The translations under genes were made by a program, and so were the position numbers. The notes beneath the pieces were generated by a model. It was not told the origin of the DNA. It ran no database searches and saw only the letters and a program-made list of their open reading frames with translations. A stretch of 35,825 nucleotides of DNA from Hydrurus foetidus (lineage: Eukaryota): the NCBI GenBank assembly GCA_900617105.1, contig UYFQ01000259.1:1-35825 (forward strand), read 5' to 3'. Positions 24,324-35,722 of the stretch are shown piece by piece (within the stretch, counting starts at the first letter, position 1; every line of letters starts with the position of its first letter).

Positions 24324-25003
24324 ATGTCGAAAGTCGAACTCGAAACTGTCGTCCACGTCGTAAAAAGAGGCGAGAAAGGCCGTCTCATCACGCAACAAAC
24401 AAATAGGCGTCAAGTATTTGCACGGGACTGCTTCGAAGAATTCAGCAGGCGAGTGACATGATTCAGCGTTTCAAGGACCTTAACAGTGGAAATGCGTATG
24501 ATAATGCTATGGCGGATGGCCTTGTTAGCAGTCTCATTCATCAAATTCAATTGGGACAAGTTGTGCTCCTCGAGGTGTTAGGTGTAGGTACATGGAGGTT
24601 CAAAAGAATCAGAGATGGTCAATCAAAGATGGTAGATTATAAGCGTCTAAATGATCTTCAGATACTCATGCATAGTGTGATCGTTTGTCCCGAGGGAAGA
24701 AGAAGAAGATCATTCAGTGTCTTATTCGCAGATCACCGATTCCATGGTTGCTGATCTTGCATCTTTTGTCGAATCATTCAATATGGAGCTTGGATATCCA
24801 TGCTCACATCGCAGAATGAAGAAGTATATTACCGAAGATGGTGTCGAAAATTTCACAAGGTACCTTGAATCTGAACTATGACGACTACAAACTCTACCTC
24901 ATAATAACTCACTATCCATAGGCTTTACGAGAAGTATCGCGCGTTTATTGAAGGAACTTCCAGTGACCAGTCAAGAGTAATGTCTTACGTCACATATCCA
25001 TGA
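24324..25003 (+). pseudogene. Degraded spliced ORF inside element F, unrelated to the Harbinger genes in this window
   Basis: Frameshifted pieces MSKVELETVV..., ...ELGYPCSHRRMKKYITEDGVENFTR|LYEKYRAFIEG...RVMSYVT, with a frame-preserving GT-AG intron at 24860-24921. Confidence 0.5.
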
Positions 25004-25417
25004 TCATAATACATACACATAGCGATTTCACATCATGTTTGATAGTAGTCAAACATTTGACTACATATTAACGGTGTTCTGGTCGAATACTACTGTACTT
25101 TACTGCAGTTGTTTTGAATCAGTAATATCATATCGCACTTATCGAATCATCCCATGACACAGCATTCATGCGATAGATCATACAAAATGGGGCCAAACTA
25201 AGCTATTAGTTGTAGTAATACGATTATTATTACACGTTTTACATTTATTTCCATTAACTCTTACCTACACTCATATACTCACTGGTTTATGACTTTATAA
25301 AGCTATTAACTTTTACAATACATCGCCTTCATCGACGTTTATTGAAGGACCAGTCAAGAGTAATGTCTTACGTCACATATCCATGATCACAATACATACA
25401 CATAGCAATTTTACATC
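24942..25417 (+). repeat. Direct repeat of about 80-90 bp (24942-25034 and 25336-25417)
   Basis: Shared CGTTTATTGAAGGA...CCAGTCAAGAGTAATGTCTTACGTCACATATCCATGATCA.AATACATACACATAGC. The second copy lacks 11 nt. Confidence 0.9.
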
Positions 25418-25758
25418 GCATTGCACTAAAAGTTAAGTGTACTTTAAGAATTTTTTGTTTTTTTACGACTTTATTTATTAAATTTCTCCTTAACTAGCAA
25501 GAAGTTCGAATGCTGAGAGTCACTACAGATCTTATCTCGATGAGATCTATTCAAAAAGCTATGATCGCTGTTACCGGTTCCGGTATTATGACCGGTCACT
25601 GCGAAACGACGTCAGTGCTGGAAAAAATGCCTGTTTTTCCAGAGCTACTCGAGTTCTGAGTTTTTGAGTTCTGGAAAAATTCGCTTATTTTCCGCCCCAT
25701 AGGGTGATTTTACGAAATTCCAGATCCTGAACAACTCGTGCCGCAAGGAACGGTCTTA

Positions 25759-26995
25759 GGCCGCTCCTTATTCGCGTCGGATTTCACGAAAGTCGGAATC
25801 GGATTTCAAGAAAATTTCCGACCGACCCAAGGTTTTCCATTTTTTTTGTTCTACGACCGAGTTGGAATCGGAAGTCAGGGGAAATTTCCGATTCCAACTC
25901 GGTCGAAAATCGAGAAAATCAAAAAAATCGAAAAAATCGAAAAACCTTGGGTCGATCGGAAATTCCTTGGAATCCGACTCCGACTTTCGTGAAATCTGAC
26001 GCGCATAAGGCTATTCGTTATCGCGCCCCATTTACGAGAACGAGTTTTAGATTGTCTCGGAGTCCAAAATAGGACTCATTTTCTCGTGTATTTCGTCCTT
26101 ATCGTGGTACGAGTACGAGAAAACCATCTTTTCTCATATTTCCACTCCTTATCGTAAGAATTGTGAACGAGCTTGCGAAATTGGTTTCTGAACGCAATGC
26201 TAGCTCTTTGTGCATCGTTTAATTCACACTTCACATGTCTAATTCAATACTTTGGCTTCGTTAGAAATCTTTCAACGATGCACTTTAAGAGCAGTTTATT
26301 GAGGCCATCGTCCGTCATCATGTCACACTGAAATAAAAGCGCAGTTTCAAGAAGCTGTTGTTCAATCAGTGCTGTCGGTCAAACAAAAAAGGATTTTCGC
26401 TAAGAGGAGATTCGAAAAAAGACCCAACTATGATCAATCAACATGGGGGCAAATGCTAGCAAATCCATGCTCTCGAGATCCATCAGATAAAAATCGATTC
26501 TCCATCGTGGTAGCCATCTACTATACAGGCTTTGACAACGTAGTTATTTGATCGTAGAAGGATTTCCCTGCTGATTCCTTGAAGTGCAGGGGACAATCCA
26601 ATAATGCCTACTGCCATTTTGAACTCCTCGAAGATTTCCCGCTCAATTTGCTCCTTTGACATTTCGCGTTCCGCACAAACTGCCAGAGCGGTCTTCACAA
26701 TACAAACATATTGGAAGCTCTTGATATCATGAAATTGAAATATGATAAATCGTGGTATTTGTGATGAAATAGCAGGATTGCTAGTGCTGTCAGAAAACTC
26801 GTCTTGAAGAAACGCGTCACTGGATCCAGACGAGAATTAACTCCTTTTCTCGCGCCAGAAATGTGAAAATCGTGAAAACGAGTTTATTTATCGTAGTTGC
26901 TGCGCGATAAGGTGTCAAAATACTAGTTTCTCGATACGAAAGTCCAAAAAAACTCGTATTTCGGGGTGCGATAAGGAGTTGCCTAAGGACCGGCC
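25759..26995. mobile_element. Tourist-like (Harbinger) MITE of about 260 bp (25759-26008 plus 26987-26995), right TIR split by H6
   Basis: About 75-bp imperfect TIR starting GGCCGCTCCTTA. The right tip GGACCGGCC reappears after H6. TTA TSD at 25756-25758 and 26996-26998. Internal IR ACCGAGTTGGAATCGGAA/TTCCGATTCCAACTCGGT. Confidence 0.88.
26009..26983. mobile_element. Internally deleted Harbinger H6 (H3-like family), 975 bp
   Basis: TIRs GGCTATTCGTTATCGC / GGCAACTCCTTATCGC, TAA TSD (26006-26008, 26984-26986). Keeps the transposase N-terminus (+, MHFK...RRFEKRPNYDQSTWGQML) and the ORF1 N-terminus (-, DIKSFQYVCI...EQIEREIFEEFK...DGESI), fused near 26490. Confidence 0.9.
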
Positions 26996-27042
26996 TTATC
27001 GCGCCAGGTTTACAAGAACGAATTTCTTATTGTCTCGTAATC
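26996..27042 (+). mobile_element. Remnant end of another H3-like Harbinger
   Basis: TTATCGCGCCAGGTTTACAAGAACGAATTTCTTATTGTCTCGTAATC aligns with the H3 right end (reverse complement TTATCGCGTGAGGTTTCACGAGAACGAGTTTCTATTTTCTCGTAATC). Its outer tip is probably the stub TTGGTCC at 13566-13572. Confidence 0.7.
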
Positions 27043-27462
27043 CTACAGACTGGTAGGGCCAAGAAACGTAAAATTCCTTATTTCATATTTTTTTCTGGAA
27101 CGCCTCAGGAAAAACTAAATGGATGGAAAGAGGTGAAAAAATCGTTCATACGAGGCTGTGTAATTTGTTCGGCATTCAAAAGCGCTTATAAATTGTTATT
27201 GTGCCGTAAAGCCATTCCTTGTGGGAGATAAAATACAAAATACAAAATTTACGTTTTTTTTGTGATACCGTCCCCAAGTGTCTATTGGATTACAAGTATT
27301 ATTTCCCGCCTATTGGGGATGGCGGGAAATTTGCCACCTCTCGTCATCAGCCACATTTCTCACTTGTCAATGACTACCTACTTACGAATACCTACGCATC
27401 AAATTGTGAAGCCTACAAATTGCAGAAAGTCTAAGCAGCGCTCTTTATTGTGTTCGTCGAAA

Positions 27463-28814
27463 ATGACAGAAGACGTGGAAGGCATGCCTGTCGAGTACGC
27501 CAAAGTCGCTTCTGCTCGAGCTTCTAGAGCTACAGAAGCAGGCAGAACGTCAGCAAAGCAACGCTCTCGAATATTCTGTAATAAGAAACAGCTAAGTGAC
27601 TATCAGTTTTTATGGAGGACCAATTGTGCAATGAAAAACTATTCCGTGAATTTGCGACGTATATTTCTGAAGCCAAGCTGCTTAAAGTTCAGGAGTTGTT
27701 GAGATCTGGCACAGCTATTCAATATCTCTCTGCGATAAAGGAAATGGCGCAAAGACGATTCCCTAAAAACGACCTCTGGAAGGAGTATCGGCTTGATAAG
27801 TGTTATCCGTCGCTGCGGGTTGCATTAGAGAAAAAAGTCAACCGCCGGCAAATTGTAAACGGTTCATCAATCTCAGAAAAATCAAAAGCACTGGATAGAA
27901 ATGTGCTATCCATCGCATCTGAAACGCTGATGAGAGACGGAAGAATGGAGGCTATGAAGAGGCGCCTCGCTATTGTGATGACGTTTTTAGCCGTAGGCAG
28001 GGCTGGCGAGGCAGCATGCTCAACTTGGGCATCAGCTACTTGGGATTATGAGCGCGGCAACTTGCTGATGGACTGGAATGAGCTAAAGACAGGTCTGTAA
28101 CTTGACAATGAACTCTATTACTACTATGAAATAGTGCTCGATATCGTATTTAATATGTCTAGGTGATTCAGATCCGATGAAATTTTTGTCTGATCAGTCA
28201 TCTATGGATATTGACTTCTATCATGCGATGGCGTGCTATTCGATTCTGGGTGGCGGTAACGTGAAACTAAGTCAAATTGGATTATCCCGGATTTAGCAAG
28301 TAATGTTGATTCGACATCGTCTTTTGTGACAAAATATGTCAGGGAGAGTTTAGCACAATGTAACGATGAGTCCCTCGCTGCAAATAGCGGCGACTTTGAA
28401 GGAACCTCTTTGAGGTCGGCAACTTAAGTATTCGGTGCTCTATAAAGCAGATGTTACAATTCTTGCTTGTTATGTCGTTATTAATGCAGAGTCGGAGCAG
28501 CAAATCACCTTGCATGTCACAAGACAGTCAAATTCAACAATATGGTTCTCCATGGTGGCTGGGAAGGCAAGTCCTTCTCGAGGTTATTTATTTTCATCGA
28601 GGGTGTCCTTCATCCTGTATCATCGGCCGGTCGCGCGTTAGCCGGGTGGAGAGACTCAACCGTTGACGTCTATCAGCCAGTGTGCTGTTTTATGCAATCT
28701 GATATGAAAGTGCAAATCGAGAATCTGATTGTGAAACTCTTCCAGTGCTCAGTGCAGGAGCTCCATCCGAGAGGCAGGCTTTGGCCTCTTGCAAAGTGCA
28801 TGTTTGCAACTCTT
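27463..28814 (+). pseudogene. Crypton-like tyrosine recombinase (DNA transposon), truncated by Gypsy-2
   Basis: SGTAIQYLS, AVGRAGE (catalytic R), ELKTG (K), GTSLR, HGGW...AGRALAGW. GT-AG intron 28093-28162. No RT nearby in the same element. Frameshifted. Confidence 0.75.
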
Positions 28815-29036
28815 TGTGACCCGCACACCCGTACGGGCTGTACGGGTACAGGCGTACGTTCGGACCGGATCGAGGACGATCCGATCCGATCCATCCGATT
28901 CATTGCCATGATACCTGCTGTGTTTATCTGTAAGCTAACCACATTGTTTCCATAGCAATAGCTCTCCCAGCTTCTTTTCCCTCGCTCCCGCTCCCAGCTG
29001 ACCCGCTCCCAGTGCCCAGATCCTGGCAAGGCCACA
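28815..29036 (+). repeat. Putative Gypsy-2 5' LTR (222 bp)
   Basis: TGTGAC...GGCCACA termini. Starts where Crypton-like coding stops. GTAC-rich U3 like Gypsy-1. The boundary is inferred because the second LTR is not visible. Confidence 0.75.
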
Positions 29037-29588
29037 ATACCGGTATTTGGAACCAGCTAGTGATCTCTAAGATCCAAGTTGACCAAACGTCCCAACCAAA
29101 AATCCCGCAACGACCGTAAAACAGTCTGAGCAACAAGTTGAGTAACTCTCCAAGAGTGAAAACCACCCAAAACGATACTACAAAGGTCTCGTCAACGCGA
29201 CAGCCTCTGAATCGTAGTCGTTCGCGACCTCAAATATTGGCGATTTATTCCCAAAATATCGTGCAGCTCTTCTACGCGAAGGCTTACGAAGGAAAGGAAC
29301 TTGCAAGCAAGTAACACCTCCCAAACTCGTTCACGAACGAAATCCAACGCGCCCACGCCCAGCTTCGTTCCTTACGAAGCCGCCGCCCACGTCCAAATTT
29401 TGTTGCGATTTCCTCCCGAAATCGCACCAAACCATTCCAATCCCCCTGACTTCTACTACCACATCCTTTACCTACCAGTCCTCACACTCGAACAACCTAC
29501 TCCTCTTTTCCCTGAATCACCGCGTCCGCGTTCCGTCGCTGTCCAAGACGCAGAGTTCCAGTGAGATTTCCCACGCCAAGTTTTCAAG

Positions 29589-32500
29589 ATGGTTAAGGCC
29601 CAAAAACCCAAGAAAGAGAGCTCTAGCGAAGCTAGCTCGTCTTCCAAACGCTCCAAACCCCAAAATATCCTCTTCCTATCGGATAAATAGAAGGCTAAAC
29701 TCGAGCGTCTCGCTCGGGAAGACAATATAGCCAACTCCATGAAGACGCTGGGCAAATCGGCTATCAAAGCCTCGAGCACCCATACGCGCATATCCGATGA
29801 ATTGGCGGCAAACGAAGCACGCTTTCTGCAGCTACAACAAGAACGTGAACGCAATCGCGTGCGACTTGAAGTCCTGCAGGAACAGGCTGACAACAGATCT
29901 GATCTCGAAGATCAAGAACTGAAAGACTTGTCAGCCTGGATGCAAGAGACAAATGACTTACACAGTCTAAACCCTCAGTCAGATGAGGATGGCTCTCCAA
30001 TCCGACCCCAAACCGAAGAAGAAGAGGATATCAATCCTTCTCAAACGGAAGAGGGCGACGACACAATCGGTACCAAAATATCTCCGAAGGAAATTCTCTC
30101 CGACGATGATAACGTCTCGGTGTCTGACAACGCCTCGGAAGAGGCGGAAGACGAACAAACCAACGACGAGGACGAAGAGGAAGACAACAACCCCGACGAT
30201 ACCAAGTCCAAATCGGACGAGGAAGATCAAAGTGAGTCGGAGGCGTCAACCCCACCGTCACCAAAACCGAAAAAGAAAAAGGCGATGCCAATCAAACCCC
30301 TTGCCAAAACAAGGGAGGCGAAACAACTCTCTGCCGTCCAATCTGAAGACAAACCCACGCGTACCACCAGATCCAAAACGTCCAAAGCAACGGTAGCAGC
30401 TGCAAAGAAGTCAGCGACAGCTTCCACGAAAGCGGCTGCCACTTCAAACCGCAAGCGCAAAACCGAAGAGACTGACACAGTCTTCGAACAACAACGAACA
30501 CCCCAAGCACTCACAACCTCCCTCATCAACATGAAGGAAGTGTTCTATGTAACACGTGAGACATTACTGAAGGACATGGACGGCACAGCCCGAAAGTTCT
30601 ATACACAGGCGCATCGCCCTCAGTTTAATGCACCTTGGAAGGATCTCATCGAAGACGAAGCGGTCCATGTGATCCGAGACAGTCTCCTTCAAAATCGAAA
30701 GACTCTCGGATACACAATCAAAATGTGTCAAACCTGGCCCATCATCGACGACAAACTCCTGTCCATTCGCGACATGGCCACCGATCTCAAGAAACTCTTC
30801 TTCAGTGATCGCACCACAGAGTCTACCTATGACTTAGACCTTGCCCTGAAAAACTGGCAAATGAAGATCAAATGGCAAAACCCAAACGTAGAGTTGGCGG
30901 CAATTGCACGACTCCGAGACATCCTCTTCGGATACTACGGCAGCTACGACAATATACCTGCAAACCGCCAACATGAGATCTGTAAGATCATCTACAAAAA
31001 GCTCCCTCTTGATAATAAGTTCACTGACAACTTCATGAACATTACAAAGGACAAAACAAGAAACAACAAACAGGATTCCATCCCAAACATGTTGTGCCGA
31101 ATGAATCTCTGCCTCAGTGAAGCTCGGCAAACCGTTATCAACGCGTCCAACATGGGTGGTCTTCGCTATGACTTCGAGACAAAAATCACCCCCGACTCAT
31201 TGTCGTCCAGCAACACAACGCAGCTCTCCGCCTCCTACCGCACGATACCCAAACGCGAATCCGACGCCTACCCAGGTCTGAGCAAAACAATCGATAATTG
31301 CCACACCTGCGGTCGCCAAGGACACAATCGCTACGATTGTCGCAATTTCATGAATCCTCATTGCAACAACTCGTATACCACGTGGAGTCAATCCACGTTG
31401 GCAACGGAGTTCAGGAGAATTGGCCACGACCATTTCGTCCCAAACGTCCTACTCAATGGCGAAATGACCAGGACAACCAACAATCCTGGCGCGGCAACAT
31501 ACGTCTACCCAACCGACGACGTCGAAGCTGACATGGGTCCCGCTGCAAAAGACGACCCTCGCAAGTCCAACAACAACAACAACAACAACAACAGCAAGAA
31601 CAACAAGGCCAAAAACAACAACAACAACAACAACAACAACCGCAACAACGACCGGTCCAACCGCGACAACGACCGCAAAGACAATCGCGACACCGATCGC
31701 AACGAAAACCGCGATACTCGCGACATCAAAGACCGCGGGTACAAAGGAAAACGTGAGTCCAAAATTCCGTATGCGGAAAATATCTCAGAAAATCGTATTT
31801 TGCCAAACATGCAAATGCTTTTATCAACAATCATACCTAACGAGATTGATGATTACTTACAAGTAACAATATATCTTCCTCAGACCCAATCCCCGGCTAC
31901 CGCTTTGGCGACCGCGTTGACAGCCGCGACCGCGACTCCAACCGCAAAGACGACTCGCGCCAAGCGGAAAAGGACAAAGACAAAGATCGCCGCGATCGAG
32001 ACCGGTCCCCACCCAAATCCTCCTCCAGCTATGGACCCAAATGACGGCATGGCCGCCTTAGCCCAAATCGACACCGGATGTCAGGTTGGGGACGTAATCA
32101 ATCGTAGAGTCCTTCGGGGCCTACGTGGTGAACCCCAACTCGCACCACCGACTCTCCCATATGGATGTGTTCGGGTCTAAATAATCAATGTATTGAATCC
32201 ACTGCTGTCCTTGATATTGTTGTATCATTTAACAAAAACGATTTAAAATACACTTTTCTCTTCCGGTGCGAATTGCAGAAGATTCCAAAGTCGACCTAAT
32301 CTTAGGATTAGAGACCATAAAAAACTAAATTTGGTTAAAATCATTCCGGAATTCTTCCAATCTCCGGAAAATATCCAAAATGAAAAAATTCAATCATTAA
32401 AAAACTGAATCAATCCACAAACATGGTATTAAACCACGTGGATGTTCCACTCATGCTAGAAGCAGAGTCGGACACAGTTACGAGTATTACAAGTCCAACC

Positions 32501-35500
32501 TTACCTCCGGTTATAACTAGCCTGGAGGGGATAAAACCCTCAGACACAGACAGTCGATGGCAAGACGACCTGGTGGCTCGAGGTGCTTGTACAAGCAAGA
32601 CATGCACTCCTTCATGTGGGTGTCCCACTAGCTTAGCTGCGGCAGCGGCTAGGCTAGATTCTGATGAGTTCATTTTGCACTCTACGGTCGAGGCAGCAGT
32701 TTTGTTGTCACCTCCCCGACAAAATGATTTAGGTGTAACAACCGACAGGAGTCCGGAATTAGCTACTCCTACTCCCTCATCCAAGGCACCAGCCCAAACA
32801 CGTGGTTTAGTTGCTGCTCTACTCCGGGAGCGTGAAGAACTCCCAGAGGTTCAACCCTTCGGACCCGAAGAGATTGACTACAAGTCGAAGGATACCTTCG
32901 CTCCTTTCCAAGACAATCCAACAGAGGACAAAATGTACCTCATCGATCTCATACAAATCGATGGTACCCCTGAACAACAAGCAAAAATTAGAGCAATTTG
33001 TGTCAAACACATAAAGCTATTCAACAACAAACTCGGACCAGAGCCCGCGCGAATTCCCCCCTTTGGACTACCCGTACGGGATCCAGAGTGGAAAGTTTTC
33101 AAAAACCGCGTAGCACCACGACCAACGTCTACACGAAAACAAGTCGAAATCCGAAAACAAGTTGAAACTATGCTTGAACAGGGTATAATAGTCAAATCAG
33201 AGGCATCATACTATTCGCAAGTAACACTCGCGGCAAAGCCAGACGGTTCATACCGATTCTGTATTGACTATCGTCACCTCAACGACGCAACGGAATCAGC
33301 AAGCTGGCCAATCCCTAATATTAAACAAATGTTAGCAAGATTAGGTTCACAAAAGCAGACACATTCGGTGTAATAGACCTCACAGCAGGATATCACCAAG
33401 CACCGTTAACTCTAAGTACACGTGTGTATACAGCTTTCATAACATTTATGGGCATCTACCACTTTACCCGACTACCTTTCGGACCCAAAAGAGCCCCCTC
33501 ATATTTCCAAGAAATGATGGCCTCAATAGTCCTTTTAGGACTAATATACCAAATCTGTGAAGTATACCTCGACGACATCATCGTTTATGGTAATGGATTT
33601 GATCAATTCTGCGAGCGATTAGAAATACTTTTTCAACGCCTAGAAAACAAAAACATTTCACTAAAAGCCGCAAAGCTAAAGCTAAATGTGCGAATAGTTG
33701 AATATGTCGGTAGACAAATATCTAAAGAAGGTATAACTATGAGTTCCAAAAAATAAGAGGTGTGACCGACTTTCCTATGCCACGAAAGACGACTGAACTT
33801 AGATCGTTCCTCGGACTCACCAATTATTTTCGGGATCATGTACCAAATCACTCCAACGTGGTAGCACCACTGCACAAAATTATAGATCACGCCGCGAAAA
33901 AGCAATCAATGCTAATCTGGACAGATGACGCCGCAAATTCTTTTCAAAAGATAAAAGATCTAATTGCAAAGAGTCCTTTATTATATTTCATACACGATAC
34001 AGCGCCCATTACCCTCATGACCGATGCGTCAGATTACGGGATCGGCGGCTATTTGTATCAAGAAGTCGACGGAGAAAACAACTCGTCGCTCTCGTAAGCA
34101 AGTCTCTTACCAAGACTCAACTGAAATGGTCAGTAATACAAAAAGAAGCCTTCGCGCTATATTATTGCTGTACTTATCTCGACGCACTGCTGCGAGACCG
34201 TAAATTCACAATCCTAACAGACCACAAAAATCTTACGTTCCTAGAAAAGGATAAAAACGAGATGGTCGGCAGATGGCGTATGGCCCTGCAGGAACTAGAA
34301 TATACGATAGGGTACATCCCGGGAAAACAAAATGAAATTGCTGACGCAATGTCTCGCCTATGTAAAAACAGAATGCCTCCTAAAACAGGAATAATAGCAG
34401 CAATTCTGACACACAAACCAATAACGACAGAGCAATATAACCTAATTGCAACGTGCCACAACACGATAGTCGGACATGGTGGTGTACAACGCACACTGCG
34501 TAATTTAAAGAAAACAAATAACATATGGCTGGGAATGCGTGACGCAGTAAAAACATTCATTAAAAATTGTCCGTGTTGCCAAAAGATGTCGGCAATGAAA
34601 TATCCCATCAACGCATACCGGTACACAACCTCAACATACAAGCCAATGGAATGCCTTAACATAGACTTCATTGGTCCATTTCCCGATAAAGGATATATCC
34701 TTGTTATGATCGACACCTTCTCAAGGTTTGTCGAACTCTACGCAACACCTGATGCAACAGCCAAATCGGCGTGCACAGCACTTGTAGAACACGTGGGACG
34801 CTACGGCTCACCATGTATACTTCGATCAGATAATGGACCCCACTTCGCAAGCCACATCATAGATGAGTTTGTGAAGATTGTTGGAACAACACACAACAAA
34901 ATATTACCATACTGTTCAGAAGAAAACGCTATCGTCGAGCGAATCAACAAAGAAATCAATCGCCATATAACCGCGTACGCATACGAACGGGCAACTACGG
35001 AAAACTACGCGGAAATATTACCGTTTGTACAAAGAATACTAAATTCAACCGTAAATGACCGGATGAAAGTGTCTCCAGCACAACTCATCTATGGCAACGC
35101 GATCGACCTCGACGCAAACATCCTCCTCCCGAGAGATGAAATTGATTTAGATTTCGACTCACTCACAAGGTCAACTGATAAAATGTTAACGTTGCAAGAT
35201 GAACTCATCGAAATCACCGCACGTCTACTCAAAGAATCCGACGACTTGCACAATGCACAACAACTTCCCAACGTCACACAGTTCGGAGTCGACACATTTG
35301 TACTTGTCCAACAAAGAACATCACCAGAAACGCGCATGCACACACTGTGGCGCGGCCCAATGCGAGTTGTCAGCCACAACTTCGCAGAGTATACATTACT
35401 CGATCTGGTAACACACAAAGAAAAGTTGTACCACATGACCCAACTAAAACCGTTTCACTTTGATCCTACGCATGTCGATCCAACTGACATTGCTCGTAGA

Positions 35501-35722
35501 GATTATCTAGAATTCTTCATAGAGGAAATCCTAGAAATGAAAGGAAACATAAGAGCATACAAATCACTCACATTTCATGTGAAATGGCTCAACTACACCC
35601 ATGAACACAACACATGGGAACCGTGGACACACATGCGTAAAGCGCAAAAAGTACATGAGTTCTTAATCAAAAAGAACCTCAAACACTTAATACCACGCGA
35701 ATTCATCGCAAACTACCGTTAA
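29589..35722 (+). CDS. Gypsy-2 gag-pol polyprotein with chromodomain
   Basis: CHTCGRQGHNRYDC; QIDTGC; YLDD; TDASDYG; H..GH..CPCC; NIDF/RSDNG/VER; FHVKWLNY...NTWEP. One in-frame TAG at 29688 (next ATG 29739) and seven single-base frame breaks. Confidence 0.93.
31569..31649 (+). repeat. (AAC)n microsatellite encoding poly-Asn in Gag
   Basis: Two AAC runs giving SNNNNNNNNSKNNKAKNNNNNNNNNRNN. Confidence 0.95.

Larger units (their letters stand above)
13576..25755. mobile_element. Non-autonomous TIR element F (own sequence 13576-13591 plus 23976-25755, about 1.8 kb), split by the YR retrotransposon
   Basis: Termini GACTGTTCCTTACG / GACCGTTCCTTGCG (reverse complement) flanked by TTA (13573-13575, 25756-25758). 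The TIR match resumes after 23975 (TGTTCAGG, AAAATCAC). A subterminal inverted block at about 24112-24145 matches about 25647-25681. Confidence 0.75.

Noticed and set aside
25738..25992. 84-aa ORF as a gene
   Set aside because: It lies across the inverted repeats of the MITE and is a chance open frame.
29048..29065. TGGAACCAGCTAG as a canonical tRNA PBS for Gypsy-2
   Set aside because: It is 11 nt from the inferred LTR end and Gypsy-1 has no equivalent. It is not fully excluded until the 3' LTR is seen.
29468..31834. Many antisense and alternate-frame ORFs in the track (e.g. 29468-29893, 30227-30532, 31505-31834; also 21941-22453, 34174-34716)
   Set aside because: They are shadows of codon-biased or low-complexity TE coding sequence and carry no independent motifs.
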